A DNA stretch of 64,000 bases from Eledone cirrhosa (taxonomy: Eukaryota): assembly GCA_964016885.1 (NCBI GenBank), contig OZ024745.1, forward strand, positions 59,892,001 to 59,956,000. The letters are read 5' to 3'. The position numbers and the translations under genes are program-made. The notes under the pieces were generated by a model. It was not told the DNA's origin. It was given only the letters and a program-made list of their open reading frames with translations, and searched no databases. This document shows positions 10,916-23,930 of the stretch, piece by piece. The stretch's first letter is position 1; each line of letters starts with the position of its first letter.

Positions 10916-13900
10916 GACTTGGAGTGAAAACCTCGACTTGGAGTGAGAACCTCGACTTGGAGTGAGAACCTCGACTTGGAGTGAAAACCTCGACTTGGAG
11001 TGAGAACCTCGACTTGGAGTGAAAACCTCGACTTGGAGTGAAAACCTCGACTTGGAGTGAGAACCTCGACTTGGAGTGAGAACCTCGACTTGGAGTGAAA
11101 ACCTCGACTTGGAGTGAGAACCTCGACTTGGAGTGAGAACCTCGATTTGGAGTGAAAACCTCGACTTGGAGTGAGAACCTCGACTTGGAGTGAGAACCTC
11201 GACTTGGAGTGAGAACCTCGACTTGGAGTGAGAACCTCGACTTGGAGTGAGAACCTCGACTTGGAGTGAGAACCTCGACTTGGAGTGAGAACCTCGACTT
11301 GGAGTGAGAACCTCGACTTGGAGTGAGAACCTCGACTTGGAGTGAAAACCTCGACTTGGAGTGAGAACCTCGACTTGGAGTGAGAACCTCGACTTGGAGT
11401 GAAAACTTCGACTTGGAGTGAGAACCTCGACTTGGAGTGAGAACCTCGACTTGGAGTGAGAACCTCGACTTGGAGTGGAAACCTCGACTTGGAGTGAGAA
11501 CCTCGACTTGGAGTGAGAACCTCGACTTGGAGTGAGAACCTCGACTTGGAGTGAGAACCTCGACTTGGAGTGAAAACCTCGACTTGGAGTGAGAACCTCG
11601 ACTTGGAGTGAAAACCTCGACTTGGAGTGAGAACCTCGACTTGGAGTGAAAACCTCGACTTGGAGTGAGAACCTCGACTTGGAGTGAGAACCTCGACTTG
11701 GAGTGAGAACCTCGACTTGGAGTGAGAACCTCGACTTTGAGTGAAAACCTCGACTTGGAGAGAGAACCTCCACTTGGAGTGAGAACCTCGACTTTGAGTG
11801 AAAACCTCGACTTGGAGTGAGAACCTCGACTTTGAGTGAAAACCTCGACTTGGAGTGAGAACCTCGACTTGGAGTGAGAACCTCGACTTGGAGTGAGAAC
11901 CTCGACTTGGAGTGGAAACCTCGACTTGGAGTGAGAACCTCGACTTGGAGTGAAAACCTCGACTTGGAGTGAGAACCTCGACTTGGAGTGAAAACCTCGA
12001 CTTGGAGTGAAAACCTCGACTTGGAGTGAAAACCTCGACTTGGAGTGAGAACCTCGACTTGGAGTGAAAACCTCGACTTGGAGTGAGAACCTCGACTTGG
12101 AGTGAAAACCTCGACTTGGAGTGAGAACCTCGACTTGGAGTGAAAACCTCGACTTGGAGTGAGAACCTCGACTTGGAGTGAGAACCTCGACTTTGAGTGA
12201 AAACCTCGACTTGGAGAGAGAACCTCGACTTGGAGTGAGAACCTCGACTTTGAGTGAAAACCTCGACTTGGAGTGAGAACCTCGACTTTGAGTGAAAACC
12301 TCGACTTGGAGTGAGAACCTCGACTTGGAGTGAAAACCTCGACTTGGAGTGAAAACCTCGACTTGGAGTGAGAACCTCGACTTGGAGTGGAAACCTCGAC
12401 TTGGAGTGAGAACCTCGACTTGGAGTGAGAACCTCTACTTGGAGTGAAAACCTCGACTTGGAGTGAGAACCTCGACTTGGAGTGAGAACCTCGACTTGGA
12501 GTGAGAACCTCGACTTGGAGTGAGAACCTCGACTTGGAGTGAGAACCTCGACTTGGAGTGAGAACCTCGACTTGGAGTGAAAACCTCGACTAGGAGTGAG
12601 AACCTCGACTTGGAGTGAGAACCTCGACTTGGAGTGAAAACTTCGACTTGGAGTGAGAACCTCGACTTGGAGTGAGAACCTCGACTTGGAGTGAGAACCT
12701 CGACTTGGAGTGGAAACCTCGACTTGGAGTGAGAACCTCGACTTGGAGTGAGAACCTCGACTTGGAGTGAGAACCTCGACTTGGAGTGAGAACCTCGACT
12801 TGGAGTGAAAACCTCGACTTGGAGTGAGAACCTCGACTTGGAGTGAAAACCTCGACTTGGAGTGAGAACCTCGACTTGGAGTGAAAACCTCGACTTGGAG
12901 TGAGAACCTCGACTTGGAGTGAGAACCTCGACTTGGAGTGAGAACCTCGACTTGGAGTGAGAACCTCGACTTGGAGTGAAAACCTCGACTTGGAGAGAGA
13001 ACCTCCACTTGGAGTGAGAACCTCGACTTTGAGTGAAAACCTCGACTTGGAGTGAGAACCTCGACTTGGAGTGAGAACCTCGACTTGGAGTGAGAACCTC
13101 GACTTGGAGTGGAAACCTCGACTTGGAGTGAGAACCTCGACTTGGAGTGAAAACCTCGACTTGGAGTGAGAACCTCGACTTGGAGTGAAAACCTCGACTT
13201 GGAGTGAAAACCTCGACTTGGAGTGAAAACCTCGACTTGGAGTGAGAACCTCGACTTGGAGTGAAAACCTCGACTTGGAGTGAGAACCTCGACTTGGAGT
13301 GAAAACCTCGACTTGGAGTGAGAACCTCGACTTGGAGTGAAAACCTCGACTTGGAGTGAGAACCTCGACTTGGAGTGAGAACCTCGACTTTGAGTGAAAA
13401 CCTCGACTTGGAGTGAGAACCTCGACTTGGAGTGAGAACCTCGACGTGGAGTGAGAACCTCGACTTGGAGTGAGAACCTCGACTTGGAGTGAAAACCTCG
13501 ACTTGGAGTGAGAACCTCGACTTGGAGTGAAAACCTCGACTTGGAGTGAGAACCTCGACTTGGAGTGAGAACCTCGACTTGGAGTGAAAACCTCGACTTG
13601 GAGTGAAAACCTCGACTTGGAGTGAAAACCTCGACTTGGAGTGAAAACCTGGACTAGGAGTGAGAACCTCGACTTGGAGTGAGAACCTCGACTTGGAGTG
13701 AGAACCTCGACTTGGAGTGGGAACCTCGACTTGGAGTGAGAACCTCGACTTGGAGTGAGAACCTCGACTTGCAGTGAAAACCTCGACTTGGAGTGAGAAC
13801 CTCGACTTGCAGTGAAAACCTCGACTTGGAGTGAGAACCTCGACTTGCAGTGAAAACCTCGACTTGGAGTGAGAACCTCGACTTGGAGTGAAAACCTCGA

Positions 13901-14753
13901 CTTGGAGTGAGAACCTCGACTTGGAGTGAAAACCTCGACTTGGAGTGAAAACCTCGACTTGGAATGAAGACCTCGACTTGGAATGAAGACCTCGACTTGG
14001 AGTGAGAACCTCGACTTGGAGTGAGAACCTCGACTTGGAGTGAGAACCTCGACTTGGAGTGAGAACCTCGACTTGGAGTGAGAACCTCGACTTGGAGTGT
14101 AAACTGCGACTCTGAGTGAGAACCTCGACTTGGAGTGAGAACCTCGACTTGGAGTGAAAACCTCGACTTGGAGTGAGAACCTCGACTTGGAGTGAAAACC
14201 TCGACTTGGAGTGAAAACCTCGACTTGGAGTGAAAACCTCGACTTGGAGTGAAAACCTCGACTTGGAGTGAGAACCTCGACTTGGAGTGAGAACCTCGAC
14301 TTGGAGTGAGAACCTCGACTTGGAGTGTAAACTGCGACTCTGAGTGAAAACCTCGACTTGGAGTGAGAACCTCGACTTGGAGTGAAAACCTCGACTTGGA
14401 GTGAGAACCTCGACTTGGAGTCAGAACCTCGACTTGGAGTCAGAACCTCAACTTGGAGTCAGAACCTCGACTTGGAGTCAGAACCTCGACTTGGAGTCAG
14501 AACCTCGACTTGGAGTGAAAACCTCGACTTGGAGTGAAAACCTCGACTTGGAGTGAGAACCTCGACTTGGAGTGAGAACCTCGACTTGGAGTGAAAACCT
14601 CGACTTGGAGTGAGAACCTCGACTTGGAGTGAGAACCTCTACTTGGAGTGAAAACCTCGACTTGGAGTGTAAACTGCGACTTGGAGTGAGAACCTCGACT
14701 TGGAGTGAAAACCTCGACTTGGAGTGTAAACTGCGACTTGGAGTGTAAACTGC

Positions 14754-15171
14754 GACTTGGAGTGTAATGTACAACTTGGAGCATAATGTACAACTTGGAG
14801 CATAATGTACGACTTGGAGCATAATGTACGACTTAGAGTGTAATGTAGGACTTAGAGTGTAATGTAGGACTTAGAGTGTAATGTAGGACTTAGAGTGTAA
14901 TGTAGGACTTAGAGTGTAATGTAGGACTAGGAGCATAATGTAGGACTAGGAGCATAATGTACGACTTGGAGTGTAATGTAGGACTTGGAGTGTAATGTAG
15001 GACTTGGAGTGTAAACTGCGAGTTGAAATATAAATTGCGACTTGGATTGTAAACCTTGACTTGCAGTGTATTGAACAACTTGGGGTGTATACTGCGGCTT
15101 GGAGTGTAAACTGCGGCTCCGAATATAAACTACGACTTGCAGTGTCATATATGACTCTGAGTGAAAACCTC
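14754..15171 (+). repeat. Cassette copy 5
   Basis: Same as copy 1; 224 monomers after copy 4. Confidence 0.95.
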
Positions 15172-18100
15172 GACTTGGAGTGAAAACCTCGACTTGGAGT
15201 GAGAACCTCGACTTGGAGTGAGAACCTCGACTTGGAGTGAAAACCTCGACTTGGAGTGAGAACCTCGACTTGGAGTGAAAACCTCGACTTGGAGTGAAAA
15301 CCTCGACTTGGAGTGAGAACCTCGACTTGGAGTGAGAACCTCGACTTGGAGTGAAAACCTCGACTTGGAGTGAGAACCTCGACTTGGAGTGAGAACCTCG
15401 ATTTGGAGTGAAAACCTCGACTTGGAGTGAGAACCTCGACTTGGAGTGAGAACCTCGACTTGGAGTGAGAACCTCGACTTGGAGTGAGAACCTCGACTTG
15501 GAGTGAGAACCTCGACTTGGAGTGAGAACCTCGACTTGGAGTGAGAACCTCGACTTGGAGTGAGAACCTCGACTTGGAGTGAGAACCTCGACTTGGAGTG
15601 AAAACCTCGACTTGGAGTGAGAACCTCGACTTGGAGTGAGAACCTCGACTTGGAGTGAAAACTTCGACTTGGAGTGAGAACCTCGACTTGGAGTGAGAAC
15701 CTCGACTTGGAGTGAGAACCTCGACTTGGAGTGGAAACCTCGACTTGGAGTGAGAACCTCGACTTGGAGTGAGAACCTCGACTTGGAGTGAGAACCTCGA
15801 CTTGGAGTGAAAACCTCGACTTGGAGTGAGAACCTCGACTTGGAGTGAAAACCTCGACTTGGAGTGAGAACCTCGACTTGGAGTGAAAACCTCGACTTGG
15901 AGTGAGAACCTCGACTTGGAGTGAGAACCTCGACTTGGAGTGAGAACCTCGACTTGGAGTGAGAACCTCGACTTTGAGTGAAAACCTCGACTTGGAGAGA
16001 GAACCTCCACTTGGAGTGAGAACCTCGACTTTGAGTGAAAACCTCGACTTGGAGTGAGAACCTCGACTTTGAGTGAAAACCTCGACTTGGAGTGAGAACC
16101 TCGACTTGGAGTGAGAACCTCGACTTGGAGTGAGAACCTCGACTTGGAGTGGAAACCTCGACTTGGAGTGAGAACCTCGACTTGGAGTGAAAACCTCGAC
16201 TTGGAGTGAGAACCTCGACTTGGAGTGAAAACCTCGACTTGGAGTGAAAACCTCGACTTGGAGTGAAAACCTCGACTTGGAGTGAGAACCTCGACTTGGA
16301 GTGAAAACCTCGACTTGGAGTGAGAACCTCGACTTGGAGTGAAAACCTCGACTTGGAGTGAGAACCTCGACTTGGAGTGAAAACCTCGACTTGGAGTGAG
16401 AACCTCGACTTGGAGTGAGAACCTCGACTTTGAGTGAAAACCTCGACTTGGAGAGAGAACCTCGACTTGGAGTGAGAACCTCGACTTTGAGTGAAAACCT
16501 CGACTTGGAGTGAGAACCTCGACTTTGAGTGAAAACCTCGACTTGGAGTGAGAACCTCGACTTGGAGTGAAAACCTCGACTTGGAGTGAAAACCTCGACT
16601 TGGAGTGAGAACCTCGACTTGGAGTGGAAACCTCGACTTGGAGTGAGAACCTCGACTTGGAGTGAGAACCTCGACTTGGAGTGAAAACCTCGACTTGGAG
16701 TGAGAACCTCGACTTGGAGTGAGAACCTCGACTTGGAGTGAGAACCTCGACTTGGAGTGAGAACCTCGACTTGGAGTGAGAACCTCGACTTGGAGTGAGA
16801 ACCTCGACTTGGAGTGAAAACCTCGACTAGGAGTGAGAACCTCGACTTGGAGTGAGAACCTCGACTTGGAGTGAGAACCTCGACTTGGAGTGAGAACCTC
16901 GACTTGGAGTGAGAACCTCGACTTGCAGTGAAAACCTCGACTTGGAGTGAGAACCTCGACTTGCAGTGAAAACCTCGACTTGGAGTGAGAACCTCGACTT
17001 GCAGTGAAAACCTCGACTTGGAGTGAGAACCTCGACTTGGAGTGAAAACCTCGACTTGCAGTGAAAACCTCGACTTGGAGTGAGAACCTCGACTTGGAGT
17101 GAAAACCTCGACTTGGAGTGAAAACCTCGACTTGGAATGAAGACCTCGACTTGGAGTGAGAACCTCGACTTGGAGTGAGAACCTCGACTTGGAGTGAGAA
17201 CCTCGACTTGGAGTGAGAACCTCGACTTGGAGTGAGAACCTCGACTTGGAGTGTAAACTGCGACTCTGAGTGAAAACCTCGACGTGGAGTGAGAACCTCG
17301 ACTTGGAGTGAAAACCTCGACTTGGAGTGAGAACCTCGACTTGGAGTGAGAACCTCGACTTGGAGTGAAAACCTCGACTTGGAGTGAAAACCTCGACTTG
17401 GAGTGAAAACCTCGACTTGGAGTGAGAACCTCGACTTGGAGTGAAAACCTCGACTTGGAGTGAAAACCTCGACTTGGAGTGAGAACCTCGACTTGGAGTG
17501 AGAACCTCGACTTGGAGTGAGAACCTCGACTTGGAGTGTAAACTGCGACTCTGAGTGAAAACCTCGACTTGGAGTGAGAACCTCGACTTGGAGTGAAAAC
17601 CTCGACTTGGAGTGAGAACCTCGACTTGGAGTCAGAACCTCGACTTGGAGTCAGAACCTCAACTTGGAGTCAGAACCTCGACTTGGAGTCAGAACCTCGA
17701 CTTGGAGTCAGAACCTCGACTTGGAGTGAAAACCTCGACTTGGAGTGAAAACCTCGACTTGGAGTGAGAACCTCGACTTGGAGTGAGAACCTCGACTTGG
17801 AGTGAAAACCTCGACTTGGAGTGAGAACCTCTACTTGGAGTGAAAACCTCGACTTGGAGTGTAAACTGCGACTTGGAGTGAGAACCTCGACTTGGAGTGA
17901 GAACCTCGACTTGGGGTGAGAACCTCGACTTGGAGTGAGAACCTCGACTTGGAGTGAGAACCTCGACTTGGAGTGAGAACCTCGACTTGGAGTGTAAACT
18001 GCGACTCTGAGTGAAAACCTCGACTTGGAGTGAGAACCTCGACTTGGAGTGAAAACCTCGACTTGGAGTGAGAACCTCGACTTGGAGTGAAAACCTCGAC

Positions 18101-18610
18101 TTGGAGTGAAAACCTCGACTTGGAGTGAGAACCTCGACTTGGAGTGAAAACCTCGACTTGGAGTAAAAACCTCGACTTGGAGTGAGAACCTCGACTTGGA
18201 GTGAGAACCTCGACTTGGAGTGAGAACCTCGACTTGGAGTGTAAACTGCGACTCTGAGTGAAAACCTCGACTTGGAGTGAGAACCTCGACTTGGAGTGAA
18301 AACCTCGACTCGGAGTGAGAACCTCGACTTGGAGTGAAAACCTCGACTTGGAGTCAGAACCTCGACTTGGAGTCAGAACCTCGACTTGGAGTCAGAACCT
18401 CGACTTGCAGTCAGAACCTCGACTTGGAGTGAAAACCTCGACTTGGAGTGAGAACCTCGACTTGGAGTGAGAACCTCGACTTGGAGTGAAAACCTCAACT
18501 TGGAGTGAGAACCTCTACTTGGAGTGAAAACCTCGACTTGGAGTGTAAACTGCGACTTGGAGTGAGAACCTCGACTTGGAGTGAAAACCTCGACTTGGAG
18601 TGTAAACTGC

Positions 18611-19047
18611 GACTTGGAGTGTAATGTACAACTTGGAGCATAATGTACAACTTGGAGCATAATGTACGACTTGGAGCATAATGTACGACTTAGAGTGTAA
18701 TGTAGGACTTAGAGTGTAATGTAGGACTTAGAGTGTAATGTAGGACTTAGAGTGTAATGTAGGACTTAGAGTGTAATGTAGGACTTAGAGTGTAATGTAG
18801 GACTAGGAGCATAATGTAGGACTAGGAGCATAATGTACGACTTGGAGTGTAATGTAGGACTTGGAGTGTAATGTAGGACTTGGAGTGTAAACTGCGAGTT
18901 GGAATATAAATTGCGACTTGGATTGTAAACCTTGACTTGCAGTGTATTGAACAACTTGGGGTGTATACTGCGGCTTGGAGTGTAAACTGCGGCTCCGAAT
19001 ATAAACTACGACTTGCAGTGTCATATATGACTCTGAGTGAAAACCTC
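18611..19047 (+). repeat. Cassette copy 6 (6 TTAGAG monomers, GAGTTGGAAT variant)
   Basis: One extra TTAGAG monomer; GAGTTGGAATAT replaces GAGTTGAAATAT. Confidence 0.95.
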
Positions 19048-19997
19048 GACTTGGAGTGAAAACCTCGACTTGGAGTGAAAACCTCGACTTGGAGTGAGAA
19101 CCTCGACTTGGAGTGAGAACCTCGACTTGGAGTGAAAACCTCGACTTGGAGTGAGAACCTCGACTTGGATTGAAAACCTCGACTTGGAGTGAGAACCTCG
19201 ACTTGGAGTGAGAACCTCGACTTGGAGTGAAAACCTCGACTTGGAGTGAGAACCTCGACTTGGAGTGAGAACCTCGACTTGGAGTGAGAACCTCGACTTG
19301 GAGTGAAAACCTCGACTTGGAGTGAAAACCTCGACTTGGAGTGAAAACCTCGACTTGGATTGAGAACCTCGACTTGGAGTGAAAACCTCGACTTGGAGTG
19401 AGAACCTCGACTTGGAGTGAGAACCTCGACTTGGAGTGAAAACCTCGACTTGGAGTGATAACCTCGACTTGGAGTGAGAACCTCGACTTGGAGTGAAAAC
19501 CTCGACTTGGAGTGAGAACCTCGACTTGGAGTGAAAACCTCGACTTGGAGTGAAAACCTCGACTTGGAGTGAGAACCTCGACTTGGAGTGAAAACCTCGA
19601 CTTGGAGTGAAAACCTCGACTTGGAGTGAGAACCTCGACTTGGAGTGAGAACCTCGACTTGGAGTGAGAACCTCGACTTGGAGTGAGAACCTCGACTTGG
19701 AGTGTAAACTGCGACTCTGAGTGAAAACCTCGACTTGGAGTGAGAACCTCGACTTGGAGTGAAAACCTCGACTCGGAGTGAGAACCTCGACTTGGAGTGA
19801 AAACCTCGACTTGGAGTCAGAACCTCGACTTGGAGTCAGAACCTCGACTTGGAGTCAGAACCTCGACTTGGAGTGAAAACCTCGACTTGGAGTGAAAACC
19901 TCGACTTGGAGTGAGAACCTCGACTTGGAGTGAGAACCTCGACTTGGAGTGAAAACCTCGACTTGGAGTGAGAACCTCTACTTGGAGTGAAAACCTC

Positions 19998-20377
19998 GAC
20001 TTGGAGTGTAATGTACAACTTGGAGCATAATGTACAACTTGGAGCATAATGTACGACTTGGAGCATAATGTACGACTTAGAGTGTAATGTAGGACTTAGA
20101 GTGTAATGTAGGACTTAGAGTGTAATGTAGGACTTAGAGTGTAATGTAGGACTTAGAGTGTAATGTAGGACTTAGAGTGTAATGTAGGACTTGGAGTGTA
20201 ATGTAGGACTTGGAGTGTAAACTGCGAGTTGGAATATAAATTGCGACTTGGATTGTAAACCTTGACTTGCAGTGTATTGAACAACTTGGGGTGTATACTG
20301 CGGCTTGGAGTGTAAACTGCGGCTCCGAATATAAACTACGACTTACAGTGTCATATATGACTCTGAGTGAAAACCTC
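19998..20377 (+). repeat. Cassette copy 7 (internally deleted, 20 monomers)
   Basis: 6 TTAGAG monomers and the GAGTTGGAAT variant as in copy 6. Lacks both GACTAGGAGCAT monomers and one following monomer. Private GACTTACAG variant. Confidence 0.93.
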
Positions 20378-23300
20378 GACTTGGAGTGAAAACCTCGACT
20401 TGGAGTGAAAACCTCGACTTGGAGTGAGAACCTCGACTTGGAGTGAGAACCTCGACTTGGAGTGAAAACCTCGACTTGGAGTGAGAACCTCGACTTGGAG
20501 TGAAAACCTCGACTTGGAGTGAGAACCTCGACTTGGAGTGAGAACCTCGACTTGGAGTGAAAACCTCGACTTGGAGTGAGAACCTCGACTTGGAGTGAGA
20601 ACCTCGACTTGGAGTGAGAACCTCGACTTTGAGTGAAAACCTCGACTTGGAGTGAGAACCTCGACTTGGAGTGAAAACCTCGACTTGGAGTGAAAACCTC
20701 GACTTGGAGTGAAAACCTCGACTTGGAGTGAAAACCTCGACTTGGAGTGAGAACCTCGACTTGGAGTGAGAACCTCGACTTGGAGTGAAAACCTCGACTT
20801 GGAGTGAGAACCTCGACTTGGAGTGATAACCTCGACTTGGAGTGAGAACCTCGACTTGGAGTGAAAACCTCGACTTGGAGTGAAAACCTCGACTTGGAGT
20901 GAAAACCTCGACTTGGAGTGAAAACCTCGACTTGGAGTGAAAACCTCGACTTGGAGTGAGAACCTCGACTTGGAGTGAGAACCTCGACTTGGAGTGAAAA
21001 CCTCGACTTGGAGTGAGAACCTCGACTTGAAGTGAGAAGCTCGACTTGGAGTGAAAACCTCGACTTGGAGTGAAAACTTCGACTTGGAGTGAGAACCTCG
21101 ACTTGGAGTGAGAACCTCGACTTGGAGTGAGAACCTCGACTTGGAGTGAGAACCTCGACTTGGAGTGAGAACCTCGACTTGGAGTGAGAACCTCGACTTG
21201 GAGTGAGAACCTCGACTTGGAGTGAAAACCTCGACTTGGAGTGAGAACCTCGACTTGGAGCGAAAACCTCGACTTGGAGTGAGAACCTCGACTTGGAGTG
21301 AAAACCTCGACTTGGAGTGAGAACCTCGACTTGGAGTGAAAACCTCGACTTCGAGTGAAAACCTCGACTTGGAGTGAAAACCTCGACTTGGAGTGAAAAC
21401 CTCGACTTGGAGTGAAAACCTCGACTTGGAGTGAAAACCTCGACTTGGAGTGAAAACCTCGACTTGGAGTGAGAACCTCGACTTGGAGTGAGAACCTCGA
21501 CTTGGAGTGAAAACCTCGATTTGGAGTGAGAACCTCGACTTGGAGTGAGAACCTCGACTTGGAGTGAGAACCTCGACTTGGAGTGAAAACCTCGACTTGG
21601 AGTGAAAACCTCGACTTGGAGTGAAAACCTCGACTTGGATTGAGAACCTCGACTTGGAGTGAAAACCTCGACTTGGAGTGAGAACCTCGACTTGGAGTGA
21701 GAACCTCGACTTGGAGTGAAAACCTCGACTTGGAGTGAGAACCTCGACTTGGAGTGAGAACCTCGACTTGGAGTGAGAACCTCGACTTGGAGTGAAAACT
21801 TCGACTTGGAGTGAGAACCTCGACTTGGAGTGAGAACCTCGACTTGGAGTGAGAACCTCGACTTGGAGTGGAAACCTCGACTTGGAGTGAGAACCTCGAC
21901 TTGGAGTGAGAACCTCGACTTGGAGTGAGAACCTCGACTTGGAGTGAGAACCTCGACTTGGAGTTAAAACCTCGACTTGGAGTGAGAACCTCGACTTGGA
22001 GTGAAAACCTCGACTTGGAGTGAGAACCTCGACTTGGAGTGAAAACCTCGACTTGGAGTGAGAACCTCGACTTGGAGTGAGAACCTCGACTTGGAGTGGA
22101 AACCTCGACTTGGAGTGAGAACCTCGACTTGGAGTGAAAACCTCGACTTGGAGTGAGAACCTCGACTTGGAGTGAAAACCTCGACTTGGAGTGAAAACCT
22201 CGACTTGGAGTGAAAACCTCGACTTGGAGTGAGAACCTCGACTTGGAGTGAAAACCTCGACTTGGAGTGAGAACCTCGACTTGGAGTGAAAACCTCGACT
22301 TGGAGTGAGAACCTCGACTTGGAGTGAAAACCTCGACTTGGAGTGAGAACCTCGACTTGGAGTGAAAACCTCGACTTGGAGTGAAAACCTCGACTAGGAG
22401 TGAGAACCTCGACTTGGAGTGAGAACCTCGACTTGGAGTGAGAACCTCGACTTGGAGTGGGAACCTCGACTTGGAGTGAGAACCTCGACTTGGAGTGAGA
22501 ACCTCGACTTGCAGTGAAAACCTCGACTTGGAGTGAGAACCTCGACTTGCAGTGAAAACCTCGACTTGGAGTGAGAACCTCGACTTGCAGTGAAAACCTC
22601 GACTTGGAGTGAGAACCTCGACTTGGAGTGAAAACCTCGACTTGTAGTGAAAACCTCGACTTGGAGTGAGAACCTCGACTTGGAGTGAAAACCTCGACTT
22701 GGAGTGAAAACCTCGACTTGGAATGAAGACCTCGACTTGGAGTGAGAACCTCGACTTGGAGTGAGAACCTCGACTTGGAGTGAGAACCTCGACTTGGAGT
22801 GAGAACCTCGACTTGGAGTGAGAACCTCGACTTGGAGTGTAAACTGCGACTCTGAGTGAAAACCTCGACGTGGAGTGAGGACCTCGACTTGGAGTGAAAA
22901 CCTCGACTTGGAGTGAGAACCTCGACTTGGAGTGAGAACCTCGACTTGGAGTGAAAACCTCGACTTGGAGTGAAAACCTCGACTTGGAGTGAAAACCTCG
23001 ACTTGGAGTGAAAACCTCGACTTGGAGTGAGAACCTCGACTTGGAGTGAAAACCTCGACTTGGAGTGAAAACCTCGACTTGGAGTGAGAACCTCGACTTG
23101 GAGTGAGAACCTCGACTTGGAGTGAGAACCTCGACTTGGAGTGTAAACTGCGACTCTGAGTGAAAACCTCGACTTGGAGTGAGAACCTCGACTTGGAGTG
23201 AAAACCTCGACTTGGAGTGAGAACCTCGACTTGGAGTCAGAACCTCGACTTGGAGTCAGAACCTCAACTTGGAGTCAGAACCTCGACTTGGAGTCAGAAC

Positions 23301-23512
23301 CTCGACTTGGAGTCAGAACCTCGACTTGGAGTGAAAACCTCGACTTGGAGTGAAAACCTCGACTTGGAGTGAGAACCTCGACTTGGAGTGAGAACCTCGA
23401 CTTGGAGTGAAAACCTCGACTTGGAGTGAGAACCTCTACTTGGAGTGAAAACCTCGACTTGGAGTGAAAACCTCGACTTGGAGTGTAAACTGCGACTTGG
23501 AGTGTAAACTGC

Positions 23513-23930
23513 GACTTGGAGTGTAATGTACAACTTGGAGCATAATGTACAACTTGGAGCATAATGTACGACTTGGAGCATAATGTACGACTTAGAGTGT
23601 AATGTAGGACTTAGAGTGTAATGTAGGACTTAGAGTGTAATGTAGGACTTAGAGTGTAATGTAGGACTTAGAGTGTAATGTAGGACTAGGAGCATAATGT
23701 AGGACTAGGAGCATAATGTACGACTTGGAGTGTAATGTAGGACTTGGAGTGTAATGTAGGACTTGGAGTGTAAACTGCGAGTTGAAATATAAATTGCGAC
23801 TTGGATTGTAAACCTTGACTTGCAGTGTATTGAACAACTTGGGGTGTATACTGCGGCTTGGAGTGTAAACTGCGGCTCCGAATATAAACTACGACTTGCA
23901 GTGTCATATATGACTCTGAGTGAAAACCTC
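23513..23930 (+). repeat. Cassette copy 8
   Basis: Same as copy 1. Confidence 0.95.
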
